Part shown: piece by piece, positions 48,401-57,221 of the stretch
Numbering within the stretch: the first letter of the stretch is position 1
Layout of the letters: each line of letters starts with the position of its first letter
Virus record (IMG/VR): IMGVR_UViG_3300032331_003707
Location: 36,346-100,345 of that record
DNA length: 64,000 nt
Reading direction: 5' to 3' (one strand)
Origin: a virus
Notes under the pieces: generated by a model
The model's database searches: none
The model's input: the letters and a program-made list of their open reading frames with translations, nothing else
What the model was told of the DNA's origin: nothing
Program-made: the position numbers and the translations under genes

Positions 48401-48899
48401 TTATGCTAGAGAATTGGCTAAAGAATTAGAAGAAGAATTAAAAGAAGCTAATAATATTAAAACAAGTAAAACTAAACCACTAATGAATATTTTGGTATTA
48501 GATTCTGAAGATAAATCTTCTTTAAAAGAATTTAAAAAACACTTGGCTTCTTTAACTAATTATATGATCGATAACGGATATAATGTTTCTCCTCTTCCTA
48601 AAATAAAATTTATCAATAATGATGTAGAAAATGCTCAAAATGTACTAGGAACAACTGCATATTATAACCCAAATGATAAATCAGTTACTTTGTTTACATT
48701 AAATAGACATCCAAAAGATATATTACGTTCATATGCTCATGAAATGGTTCATCATAAACAAAATTTAGAAAATAGATTAACTAATATCTCTGGACAAAAT
48801 ATAAATGAAGATGACTATTTGAAAGAAATTGAAAGAGAAGCATATGAGGAAGGAAATATGATGTTTAGAAGTTGGGAAAACGGATTAAATAAAAAATGA
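45435..48899 (+). CDS. Multidomain polyprotein: NTase + HIGH-type nucleotidyltransferase + NTase + two unknown domains + zincin
   Basis: ISGS...GDLDLV; YPGKFKPPHKGH...ISATDLR; LLGSSANY....SDIDLH; HFLDR..ER; AHEMVH..Q...EREAY. Confidence 0.7.
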   Translation: MSGSIGANRIPRKAVDPTVKKYIENILKKYPPFRSAKISGSYNTTVKSDHGDLDLVIHVDAGEDDKKTLKKKFAEYLNSLPDDVIVPFKAGRHQGKKTAGTGDIVITQIPIEGYPDLTVQVDNMIVTSEQESDYRKNFLDIPGEKQALLIGLAKAILIEEDPETVIKRLGIKNLPPLEDNQEFEFNLSSKGLTLRLVTLDNFKEIGRNDIWSSYDWNDISKLFTNYNLNLPFDELLKQVKNSISNPRSRNRIKGLFKSMLVIGAGEKGTPKGDNKELALQKVDSILEQLAASYITEDATSPIIALYPGKFKPPHKGHLDVVNQLASLPNVEKVIVLISPKPHEGITAEQSLNIWEKLYLPLINNPDKVKFTISQVTPVKDVYDIITDNPDTNFIAAYGKEDAGRYSKLNSERVKTYDAGNVEGISATDLRSALNSQGDITPYIPKDVSPIKYLETLGVLLHESLNEYTNQSTLNPVVFDGLEIKPKVKDILIKIANEFWNSLELDVDYEDILLLGSSANYNWTPYSDIDLHILVDFDEFEDPKIAKKFFDLAKSRFNDTHDLKIKNNDIEVYVQNSKEPNASIGVYSLLNDEWLQEPQYGKIKIPDNEIENKAKPFKSKIDKILRTKPTSNNYDFLIDSIKGLQDKLKKFRQIGLETGGEYSIENLAFKNLRNTGYIEKLLNYKTEVMDKVLSIKEIFDKPVDAYPFTESGDGTYMFESDSGNQYVVYIDVASENRISIDFGIADETGDVDYPETNVGELYKVMSTIIAIAKSYVNQHPEIEIISWSSVAKRGQKKIGDTQRDKLYKLVVKKQAGLSDKDIKFINGEWWAYLKGYNPLFEKMSSTTEFPEPFTYEDLIDIDKYADDALNPIDVNLDPKSNGHFLDRAIERGITKDELKDFFARLGLKKDSLKYFFTKAKEKGDNDVVATDKKTNISIPFEDTTSSVKDRMANRIKSIGAKTVHKKSNFHTPNVRLTFAENEKDTFGLNAYARELAKELEEELKEANNIKTSKTKPLMNILVLDSEDKSSLKEFKKHLASLTNYMIDNGYNVSPLPKIKFINNDVENAQNVLGTTAYYNPNDKSVTLFTLNRHPKDILRSYAHEMVHHKQNLENRLTNISGQNINEDDYLKEIEREAYEEGNMMFRSWENGLNKK

Positions 48900-49435
48900 T
48901 TAGTTTAACACAAATTTACCAAGAGGGCGTTCTCTCTCCTAATTACACGCTTTATTGTGATATGGATGGAGTACTATGTGACTTCGATTCCCGATTTGAT
49001 TACTTCACAGGACTTTCTCCTGAAGAATATAAAAATAAATTTGGAAATAAAAAGTTTTGGGACCTAATTGATAACCAAGTAGGAGTACCATTTTGGTCTA
49101 ACATGCCCTGGATGCCAGAAGGAGAACTTCTTTGGGATTACATTAAAAAATATAACCCTGTTCTTCTTTCCTCACCCTCAGAAAATAATGAATCTCGTTT
49201 AGGGAAACGTCTTTGGGTAGAAAAACACATTAATAAATATCTCCCACCAGCTTCACCTAAAACCGAATTAATTCTTGCAGCTAGACACAATAAACAAGAT
49301 TATTCAACAAAAACTTCAATACTTATAGACGATCGCCCTGATACTATTTCAGAATGGAACTCCCATAGTGGGATTGGAATTTTGTTTAGATCAACAGGCC
49401 AAACCATTAAAGACTTAAAAAAAATAGGATTATGA
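48896..49435 (+). CDS. HAD-family 5'(3')-deoxyribonucleotidase-like protein
   Basis: YCDMDGVL.DF, LSSP, GK..W, LIDD. Confidence 0.85.
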   Translation: MISLTQIYQEGVLSPNYTLYCDMDGVLCDFDSRFDYFTGLSPEEYKNKFGNKKFWDLIDNQVGVPFWSNMPWMPEGELLWDYIKKYNPVLLSSPSENNESRLGKRLWVEKHINKYLPPASPKTELILAARHNKQDYSTKTSILIDDRPDTISEWNSHSGIGILFRSTGQTIKDLKKIGL

Positions 49436-49839
49436 AACTCCACCAACTCAAAAAAATCATCATCGAAAATCTCACTGCTCACTCCCCAGAACTAATTTCA
49501 TCTCCAGATGAATCCCCAAAATTCCCAGGAGTTAACCAAGTTAAAGACTTCTTCGTAGTAACCCTCCCAGCATCATCATCTCCAGAAAGTACTGTAAGAA
49601 GAACTAATGTATTTGATGATATTCCTATGGATGGAACTCATGGAGTATATTTAAGTGAAGCTGAAGCTACTCGTGAATCTAAACGTTTAACTCAAGAATA
49701 TTCTTCTCAATTAAAAGAGTTAGAAGAAACTATGGCTGAAGTTAGAGCTCAAGAAGCTGAATTAAAAGAAAGAAAAAAAGAAGCTGCTGAAAGAATTAAG
49801 CAGATGAAAGGTGATAAGAAAAAAGAAACCAAAAAATAA
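49432..49839 (+). CDS. Hypothetical protein (putative internal head protein)
   Basis: MKLHQLKKIIIE leader; coiled-coil tail. Confidence 0.55.
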   Translation: MKLHQLKKIIIENLTAHSPELISSPDESPKFPGVNQVKDFFVVTLPASSSPESTVRRTNVFDDIPMDGTHGVYLSEAEATRESKRLTQEYSSQLKELEETMAEVRAQEAELKERKKEAAERIKQMKGDKKKETKK

Positions 49840-49844
49840 AAGTA

Positions 49845-50414
49845 ATGTCTGATAATGTTTTAAAAAAAGAATTCCAACAAAAAGATGTTCAACGTCTTCG
49901 TAATATTTTAACTAATAAGCACGGAGAAAAAACAATTGTAGGGATAGGTTATACCAAACAACAAGAATTCCATGAAGATGGAGATATATGGGAAGAAGAT
50001 GGTCGTACTTGGACTATTAAAGATGGGATTAAACAAAATATTACTAAACTAGATAAAGCTAAAGAATCTATTGTAGCACCTTTATTTTGCCCTTGTTGTA
50101 AAAATTTAATGAAGAATAAGCATGATAATGCTTTCTATCTTCAATATAAACGTTGTTTTAATTGTCAAGTAGATTTTGAAACTCGCCTTAGAATTAATGG
50201 CCAATGGGAAGATTATGAAAAAAATATTGTTAATTCTGATGTAGATGATATGATAAGTGATTTTTCTGTATGGATGGAAGAACATATGAATGCCTCAGAC
50301 GAATCATTCATAACAGAAAGGGGAGATGTTGAAAAATGGGTTGGTTCTTCGAAACAAAAATTATTAGAAAATAAAGAAGAAACAATAAAGTATTTACAAA
50401 GTTTAAAAAAATAA
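49845..50414 (+). CDS. Zn-finger-containing conserved phage protein
   Basis: GD.WEE.G.TW..K.G, CPCC...CFNC. Confidence 0.65.
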   Translation: MSDNVLKKEFQQKDVQRLRNILTNKHGEKTIVGIGYTKQQEFHEDGDIWEEDGRTWTIKDGIKQNITKLDKAKESIVAPLFCPCCKNLMKNKHDNAFYLQYKRCFNCQVDFETRLRINGQWEDYEKNIVNSDVDDMISDFSVWMEEHMNASDESFITERGDVEKWVGSSKQKLLENKEETIKYLQSLKK

Positions 50415-50443
50415 TTAATATTTATATATAAAAACATATAAAC

Positions 50444-50923
50444 ATGAGCAATAATTTTAGTATAAGTGAATGGAGACGTCAACAACTTCACAAAGAAATA
50501 ATAACAGAAGACCTTACGCGTATATCAGAAAATGAAGAAGAAGCTGATATGAAAAAATACCGTAAAGAAGTTTTACAACAACTTTTAACTTGGTATAAAA
50601 AACAAGACAAACCAGACCAGAATATGGTTAAAAAACTTGAAGGAGAAATTGGTAATCTTAACGAAGGTAAAGTTACTGTTAAGTCAATTAAGTTTTCTGA
50701 TTTAAGTGATAAAAATCTTTTACCTACTAATATAGGCATGGGTTCGTCTCGAAAAATTAAAGACGAAGATGACTTTAAAAATTGGAAAGCTGATTTTCTT
50801 AAAAAATATGGTAATATTGAATTAGAAAAAGGCAATGCCGGATGGAAAGCATCATCTAAGCATGAAGCAAATAAACAAGCACAAGCAGACTTTGACAAGA
50901 ATGCTAAAAAAAATAAAAAATAA
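50444..50923 (+). CDS. Hypothetical protein (putative internal head protein)
   Basis: ATATTTAT upstream; IITE, ISE and LNE linkers. Confidence 0.55.
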   Translation: MSNNFSISEWRRQQLHKEIITEDLTRISENEEEADMKKYRKEVLQQLLTWYKKQDKPDQNMVKKLEGEIGNLNEGKVTVKSIKFSDLSDKNLLPTNIGMGSSRKIKDEDDFKNWKADFLKKYGNIELEKGNAGWKASSKHEANKQAQADFDKNAKKNKK

Positions 50924-50930
50924 AATTACC

Positions 50931-51299
50931 ATGAACGAATTTGCAAAACTAATATCATATCTATTTCATTCAAGAACCCAAGCTCACATATTTCATCTTC
51001 AAACTGACTCATTTGCAGCTCACTCTGCTTTAAATGGATATTATGATGCAATTATTGGGTTAACTGATGGATTAGTAGAATCATACCAAGGAAAATATGG
51101 TATTTTAACCAATTACTCTAATTTTAGTATATTAGAATATAAAAGCTGTGAGGAAGTTATTATGTATTTTCAAGGTTTAGATATGACTATTGAAAAACTA
51201 CGCAAATCAATACCCCAAGATTCATATATCCAAAACCAAGTTGATACTATAGTAGAATTAGTTTCTTCTACTATTTACAAACTTAAATTCTTAAAATAA
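50931..51299 (+). CDS. Ferritin/Dps-like four-helix protein (DUF5856-like)
   Basis: QAHIFH.QT.S.A.H.AL..YY......D...E.YQG.YG, YKL.FL; start at ATG 50931. Confidence 0.7.
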   Translation: MNEFAKLISYLFHSRTQAHIFHLQTDSFAAHSALNGYYDAIIGLTDGLVESYQGKYGILTNYSNFSILEYKSCEEVIMYFQGLDMTIEKLRKSIPQDSYIQNQVDTIVELVSSTIYKLKFLK

Positions 51300-51658
51300 T
51301 GGAATCTAATTTTAATCAAGGAAAAAAGGCTATTTCTAACAGACTTAGAAACCTTATTATTATCCCTGAGAAAATACGAGAATTCAGACAAGAATTAAAC
51401 CAAAAGTTTCTTAGCGGAGAAATCACCAAATATGAATTTGATGAAGCCTCAGCTTATTTAGATAAAAAAGAAAACGAACACTACTCTAAAACCCCAGGAC
51501 TTAGAGAAGCATTAATCGAGGTTTATTCTAAAATAGAAGAAGAACTCTGCCCAGCTGGAAAAAGATATATTACTAAACGTAAAGCTGCTGGTGAAAAATC
51601 ATCAGCCTATCTTTCAGGACGTGCTGTAAAAGTGTGTAAGGGTCAAATGAAGGGATAA
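51299..51658 (+). CDS. Conserved phage protein
   Basis: LCP.GK...SAY.SG..VKVCKG after an IEE linker. Confidence 0.6.
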   Translation: MESNFNQGKKAISNRLRNLIIIPEKIREFRQELNQKFLSGEITKYEFDEASAYLDKKENEHYSKTPGLREALIEVYSKIEEELCPAGKRYITKRKAAGEKSSAYLSGRAVKVCKGQMKG

Positions 51659-51933
51659 TGACTAAAAAAGAATTACATGAAATAATTTATGAGTCATTAC
51701 GTGATTGGTTTAAAAAAGAAGACTGGGTTCGTATTGATACCCAAGGTAATATAACTGGCCCATGTGGTACTATGAAAAAAGGTCAAGCAACTACTCGTTG
51801 TTTACCTAGAGCTAAAGCAAATAGTTTAACTAAAGCAGAACGTGCTTCTACATCTAGAAAAAAAGTAACAGGTAGTAAAAAAGGTAAACAATTTGTTTCT
51901 AACACATCCAAAGCCAAAGTTAAAAAAAAATGA
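51658..51933 (+). CDS. Small basic conserved phage protein
   Basis: L.DWF.KE.WV.I, CG...CLP..KA. Confidence 0.65.
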   Translation: MTKKELHEIIYESLRDWFKKEDWVRIDTQGNITGPCGTMKKGQATTRCLPRAKANSLTKAERASTSRKKVTGSKKGKQFVSNTSKAKVKKK

Positions 51934-52079
51934 TTAAACTAACCGACATATTACAAGAAATGATAGCTAATACTAAAATTATTTGTGATAAATGTGGCTG
52001 GAAATGGAAAATAAAAGATGGAGGAGATGATTTATTTATGTGTCATAAATGTGGCCATGATAATGCTTCATCTTATTAA
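51930..52079 (+). CDS. 49-aa zinc-ribbon protein
   Basis: MIKLTDILQE leader; CDKCGW...CHKCGH; read manually. Confidence 0.65.
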   Translation: MIKLTDILQEMIANTKIICDKCGWKWKIKDGGDDLFMCHKCGHDNASSY

Positions 52080-52109
52080 AAAATAACATATTTATAATAA
52101 AATTATACA

Positions 52110-53243
52110 ATGAAACAACAATTGAGCGAACAATTTTCTCGTATGAAAAAATTAGCGGGTATTAATGAAAATTTTATGACCCCAAAACCATTACCTCCTG
52201 CTTCTGGGGAACATAATCCTTCTACATTATGGGATTCATTAGATCTCCCAACTAGAACTAATGCTCTTGAACCAATTGTTGGACCTGAAGATGCTGGATA
52301 CCTAGCTAGATATAGTTGGTATAATATCCCAGGTAGTGTAGCTAATCAAATTGAATTTGATGATATAGTATCTCATAGAGAAAATACTCCTGTTTCTTTT
52401 TTAGATAAAGAATTAAATGAAATTTTAGCTTTAATAAATGAAGCTGAGAAAAAATCAAAAGAAGAAGAGGAAGAAGAAACACCAGCTGAAGAAGAAGAAA
52501 CACCTGCTGAAGGTGAAGATGAAGCACCAGCTGAAGAAGAAGCTCCTGCTGAAGGGGAAGATGTTGAAGGTGAAGAAGGTCTTGATCCTGAGGTTAAAAA
52601 AATTCAAAGTGCATTAGAATTAGCATATGCTAAAGCTAAAGAATTAGGAGATAAAAAATTAAATGCTCAAATTGGTAATACTATTACTTATTTTACTAAA
52701 ACTCAAGTATTAAAAGCTGAAGAAGGTGAAGGTGAGGAAGGTGGGGAAGTTACTGAAGATTTATTTTCTTCATTAGTTAGAGAAGTAGCTATTGCTCCTG
52801 CTGGGAAACCAAAAGAAGACCCAAATAAAAAACAAGCCCAAGTAAAGGGAAGTATTAATGTTAATGCTTTTAAAAAATTAAATGTCCCTGGTGCTAATAT
52901 TGCTGTCTTAACCTCATCAATAAACAAAATCAAACAAGGTCTTTCAGCAGATAAACTTAGCACTAGTGAAAAAGCAGAATTAGCTAAGACATTTGCTGAA
53001 ATGATTCGCACTAAAAACGATTCTCTTCTTAATCAAATCTTCAGCATCCTTAAAAATGTTGAACAAGCCCCAGCAAAAGCTCCTGTAACTGAAAAAAAAC
53101 TTTCTAAAGCTGAAAACAGTGAAAAAGAAAAAATTGTAAAGGGAATGAAAAAAAATAAATCTGAGTTTGTAAAAGATTATGGGAAAGATGCTCAAAAAGT
53201 AATGTATGCTACTGCTACTAAATTAGCCCAAAAGAAAAAATAA
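52110..53243 (+). CDS. Putative internal head/scaffold-like protein with acidic repeats
   Basis: RMKKLAGINE leader, EEETPAE repeats, C-terminal YG....VMYATATKLA. Confidence 0.6.
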   Translation: MKQQLSEQFSRMKKLAGINENFMTPKPLPPASGEHNPSTLWDSLDLPTRTNALEPIVGPEDAGYLARYSWYNIPGSVANQIEFDDIVSHRENTPVSFLDKELNEILALINEAEKKSKEEEEEETPAEEEETPAEGEDEAPAEEEAPAEGEDVEGEEGLDPEVKKIQSALELAYAKAKELGDKKLNAQIGNTITYFTKTQVLKAEEGEGEEGGEVTEDLFSSLVREVAIAPAGKPKEDPNKKQAQVKGSINVNAFKKLNVPGANIAVLTSSINKIKQGLSADKLSTSEKAELAKTFAEMIRTKNDSLLNQIFSILKNVEQAPAKAPVTEKKLSKAENSEKEKIVKGMKKNKSEFVKDYGKDAQKVMYATATKLAQKKK

Positions 53244-53755
53244 TGACTCGTGCTGAATTAATAGATAAAATTAGAGGTATTGTAAAAAAAGTTTACAAAC
53301 CTGTAATTGTAAAAGTTGACTTAGACACAGTCAATACTGGGGTATCCTTAGATATAGAAAGATTCCCATTATTAGCTAAATTCCCATCATTACGAGAAAT
53401 AATCGAAAAACTTCTTACTTCTCAATATGATATCTTTATAGGAGATGTATTATGGGTTGCACCTCGTCCTACTACATTTAAAATTATATTTAATAATGGA
53501 CAAGTATTTTATCTTATAACTACTAATAAAGGATGGATCGCTAAAGTAGAAGGTAAAAAATATTTTATAACCGAACGAAATGAACTAGAACGAGCCTCAG
53601 AAGCTCTTGCACGAATCCTTTCATATGGAAACCCAGCTGATATTGCAGCCGCATCAACTGAAGCACCTGCTGAAGAAGTTCCAGCTGAAGAAGCACCTGC
53701 TGAAGAAGCTCCAACTGAAGAAACACCTGAAGAAACCCCTGAAGAAACAACATAA
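53243..53755 (+). CDS. Hypothetical protein with acidic PAEE tail
   Basis: WVAPRPTTF.I motif; PAEE repeats. Confidence 0.6.
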   Translation: MTRAELIDKIRGIVKKVYKPVIVKVDLDTVNTGVSLDIERFPLLAKFPSLREIIEKLLTSQYDIFIGDVLWVAPRPTTFKIIFNNGQVFYLITTNKGWIAKVEGKKYFITERNELERASEALARILSYGNPADIAAASTEAPAEEVPAEEAPAEEAPTEETPEETPEETT

Positions 53756-53776
53756 ATTTTTAACATAAACCAAAAA

Positions 53777-54400
53777 ATGAAAAATAAACTTACCGAAGAA
53801 AAAATTGAACAATTACTTCTAGAATTAATTGAAGAAGGATTATTTGATAGATTAAAATCTAAAGCAACTGGAGCTGTAGCTGGTTTAAAACAAACTGGAA
53901 AGAACTTAGGTGCGTTTTTAAAAGGTGATGCTTCTGCTATCGGAGATCCAAAACTTCAAAAAGCAACAGCTCAACTTAAATCAAAACTTGATACTATCGC
54001 TAAAGATTTATCTTCAGCCCAAGAAGATATGGCTACTCTATTCCCAGCAGCTACTATAAAATCTTTACCTGGAGATCTTCCAACTATAATAAGTAATTAC
54101 CAAAAATCTTTAACTGTTATGGGTAATGCTACTAAAAAGATTATATCTCAAATTTCAAACCCTCCTAAATCAAAAGGTGATGACAAATCATCTGAAGAAA
54201 AAGGTAAACAACCTCAACAAAAAGCCGCTCAACCCCAACAAAAAGGTAAACAACCACAACAAAAAGCTGCTCAACAAAAACAACCCAACAGAAACCCAGC
54301 AACTGGAAGATTTACTAAAAAAGGAGAACCAGCTCGTGACCCTAAAACTGGAAGGTTTGTTAAAAAGACTTTAGAAGAACTTCTAAAACAATATAAATAA
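53777..54400 (+). CDS. Hypothetical protein with Q/K repeats
   Basis: LIEE/GLFD leader; KGKQPQQKAAQ x2; R.P.TGRF x2. Confidence 0.6.
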   Translation: MKNKLTEEKIEQLLLELIEEGLFDRLKSKATGAVAGLKQTGKNLGAFLKGDASAIGDPKLQKATAQLKSKLDTIAKDLSSAQEDMATLFPAATIKSLPGDLPTIISNYQKSLTVMGNATKKIISQISNPPKSKGDDKSSEEKGKQPQQKAAQPQQKGKQPQQKAAQQKQPNRNPATGRFTKKGEPARDPKTGRFVKKTLEELLKQYK

Positions 54401-54407
54401 TTTAGTT

Positions 54408-55259
54408 GTGGATATTTTTACAAAATTCCTAAATAGCGTTTCTCATAAGTTTCCTAAAGGTTACCCTGATATGAATGATGCTGATGATGTTAAACTTTTA
54501 GAATCTTTACTTAAACCATACATCTCAGAAACAGAACAACCTGAAGGGGAATCTTCTGAGGAATCAACAATATCTACCCAACAACAAGAACTTCAAAAAA
54601 TTATTGATGTTATAGATAAAGTTGAATCAGATGATAAGATAACAAAAACCAAATTATTTGACTTACTTGCAGATTATACTTACAAATATTATAACTCTGA
54701 ATTAGGGGATATTAAAAAAGTATTCCCCAACCCTGTGTCTACACTTGGAAGTTGGAGAGACTATGTTGAAAGAAAAGAAAGCAATGTAGGTAAAGAAATA
54801 GAACAAGCTGTAGAATTATACTCTCAGGAACAAGGCGTAGAAGCATCATCTATAAGAGGCAAAGGAACAGATGTTAATATAGATGGGAAAGAAGTTGAAA
54901 TTAAATCATCATCAGGTAATACCATAACTACGATGCTTCAAACTTCATTCTATAAAAATAATCCTAATAAATTTTATTTATTTGCTAGTAATTCATCTAA
55001 ATCTGATTTAACTATTCGTATAGTATCAAGTGAACTATTATATAGATTAAGTTTAGGAGATGATATAGCAGATGAGCTAGCAACTAATAAACAATCACAA
55101 AAATTACTAGACCAAATAAATACAGGTTTAGAAACATTAGATTTTCCACATTTAATACAAACATCATTAACAACAGGTGAAAGCTTAGATGTTAAAAAAT
55201 CTTTTAAAGTAGGAAAAAATATTAAAGTTAGATTTGTAATCTATATTGAACCTCAATAA
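54408..55259 (+). CDS. PD-(D/E)xK nuclease-like protein
   Basis: E...E, GTDVNIDGKEVEIKS; GTG start; KFPKGYPD leader. Confidence 0.55.
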   Translation: MDIFTKFLNSVSHKFPKGYPDMNDADDVKLLESLLKPYISETEQPEGESSEESTISTQQQELQKIIDVIDKVESDDKITKTKLFDLLADYTYKYYNSELGDIKKVFPNPVSTLGSWRDYVERKESNVGKEIEQAVELYSQEQGVEASSIRGKGTDVNIDGKEVEIKSSSGNTITTMLQTSFYKNNPNKFYLFASNSSKSDLTIRIVSSELLYRLSLGDDIADELATNKQSQKLLDQINTGLETLDFPHLIQTSLTTGESLDVKKSFKVGKNIKVRFVIYIEPQ

Positions 55260-55282
55260 TATTTATAATAAATAATACTACT

Positions 55283-55900
55283 ATGGGATGTGCTTGTGGA
55301 TGTAATACTTGTGATAAATCACCAATGTTGATAGAATCAAAACAATATGATTCTCCTATATCTGAAGGTTTACGATATCATATGGATTTTAAAGTTCCTC
55401 TTAATGACACAGTATATAGACCTGGGTCAAAAGCCCATATTAATCTAATATTTGAAGCTCGTAATCTGTGGAAGGAAGGAATTATTAAAGTTCAAGATTT
55501 AGACAGAAAATTATTTGAAACTACAGATTTAGGTAAAATCGGGTTTTATGAAGGTAAGACAGTACCATTAGATTTTCCACTAATGGAAATTGAAACATTA
55601 ACTGAAGCAGAATTAGAAGAAGAAAAGAAAAATCCACCAATAGGAAAACCTAAACGTGGTGGTTCTAAAAAATTCTATGTTTATGTTAGAGACCCTAAAA
55701 CCAAAAATATTAAAAAAGTATCATTTGGACAAGCAGGGATGTCTGCAAAAATTAATGACCCAAAAGCGCGTAGAGCATTTGCTGCTAGACATAAATGTGC
55801 TCAAAAAACAGATAGAACCAAACCTAGCTATTGGTCATGCCGTCTACCAAGATATGCTAAACTACTAGGATTAAAATCAACATTCTCAGGATACTGGTAA
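55283..55900 (+). CDS. Conserved phage protein (basic C-terminal domain)
   Basis: KKFYVYV...KKVSFG...AFAARH.C...YWSCR. Confidence 0.7.
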   Translation: MGCACGCNTCDKSPMLIESKQYDSPISEGLRYHMDFKVPLNDTVYRPGSKAHINLIFEARNLWKEGIIKVQDLDRKLFETTDLGKIGFYEGKTVPLDFPLMEIETLTEAELEEEKKNPPIGKPKRGGSKKFYVYVRDPKTKNIKKVSFGQAGMSAKINDPKARRAFAARHKCAQKTDRTKPSYWSCRLPRYAKLLGLKSTFSGYW

Positions 55901-55901
55901 T

Positions 55902-56717
55902 ATGAATACAAATTATATCAAACAAATTATTAAAGAAGAATTAGAAAAAATTCTTAATGAAGCTTTCTTTAACATCAGACCTCAAAAAGGAGGATCAGGT
56001 GGAAGAAGGTACATCCCTAAATTTTTTGTCTTCCCAGGAAATGTCAGAGAAAATCTTAAAGATTACTTTAAATTTTATGGAAATACAATGTATGTTGATC
56101 CTCAAGTATTAATAGCACTTGGTTACCTTACTCGAGGAAGACAATCATATGATAAAACACAGGATTTTCCATCTTTAACTAAACTTTTACAAGATAAACT
56201 ACCACAACCTGTTAGATTATCTATTAAAAAAGGAGCTGAAGGGCAAAGAATGCAAGATATTGGTGGTAAAAAAATGGTTCCTTTAAATTTAGATATTACT
56301 AAAGATGAAGCAGGGAATTATTTAATTAAAAACCCATATACTAATATTAGTGAATATAAATCACACCTATTAGAAGCATTATTACTAGAAAAAAAAAACG
56401 TATCTAATGTATATCAACTAGAATCATTACTAGTTACTGATACTAGTGTTCGTAACCAAGCTGAAATCTTATCTGATATTCGCTCCCTTTCTGGAGTTAC
56501 TATTGTATCCACAGATCCACTTAATCCTGATCAAAATGTTCAAAATAAAGATAGGGTTGAATCTAAACTTTATTTAAAAATCGATCCACATCCATTTTTA
56601 GGTAAGGGAGGATTTGGAGAAAAAGAACTTGAAACTATTTATTCAAGCATTAAAAAAATTAAAGGTGTTACTGTATTTAGAGTAATTGGTAAACCTGATA
56701 GAAAAACATTACGATGA
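55902..56717 (+). CDS. Two-domain hypothetical protein
   Basis: IKQIIKEELEKILNE leader; IRSL.GVTIV in the second domain. Confidence 0.6.
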   Translation: MNTNYIKQIIKEELEKILNEAFFNIRPQKGGSGGRRYIPKFFVFPGNVRENLKDYFKFYGNTMYVDPQVLIALGYLTRGRQSYDKTQDFPSLTKLLQDKLPQPVRLSIKKGAEGQRMQDIGGKKMVPLNLDITKDEAGNYLIKNPYTNISEYKSHLLEALLLEKKNVSNVYQLESLLVTDTSVRNQAEILSDIRSLSGVTIVSTDPLNPDQNVQNKDRVESKLYLKIDPHPFLGKGGFGEKELETIYSSIKKIKGVTVFRVIGKPDRKTLR

Positions 56718-56971
56718 TTAAGTTAATAGATTTACTTAAAGAAGAAAAAGGAGAAAAATATCCTCCTTATATGTACTCTCCTGTAGGATTTGGTTGTCAC
56801 GTTTGTGAATATTATTATAAAGAAGATGGATTACATCATTGTAGTAATAAAGAATATCAAAAATATATGGGTACTAATGAATTAGTAGATAATGAAGGAA
56901 ACCAAATTAAGGATCCATCAAAATGGTGTTCTAATTGGTTCCACCCTAATATTCAAGATGAGACCGTATAA
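56714..56971 (+). CDS. Cys/His-rich small protein
   Basis: MIKLIDLLKE leader; CHVC...HHC...WCSNW. Confidence 0.6.
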   Translation: MIKLIDLLKEEKGEKYPPYMYSPVGFGCHVCEYYYKEDGLHHCSNKEYQKYMGTNELVDNEGNQIKDPSKWCSNWFHPNIQDETV

Positions 56972-57221
56972 CGATATAGAAATTACAGATAAATATATTA
57001 TTCGTGAATTTAACGAAAATATAGATCCTATTGAATTACTGTGGCATCGTGATAGAGAAGATCGCGTTGTAGAAATTATAGAAGGAATAGATTGGAAAGT
57101 TCAACTCGAAGATCAACTTCCAATAACTCTTACAAATTCTCCAATATTTATACCAAAATACGAATGGCATCGTGTTATTAAAGGAACAGGAAACTTAAAG
57201 TTAAAAATACATAAAAAATGA
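56958..57221 (+). CDS. Cupin-like protein
   Basis: WHRD.EDR...IP...WHRVIKG. Confidence 0.65.
   Translation: MRPYNDIEITDKYIIREFNENIDPIELLWHRDREDRVVEIIEGIDWKVQLEDQLPITLTNSPIFIPKYEWHRVIKGTGNLKLKIHKK

Noticed and set aside
52450-54290. EEETPAE/PAEE and KGKQPQQKAAQ DNA repeats as DGR or regulatory repeats
   Set aside because: In-frame low-complexity coding repeats; no adenine-specific mismatch pattern and no reverse transcriptase.
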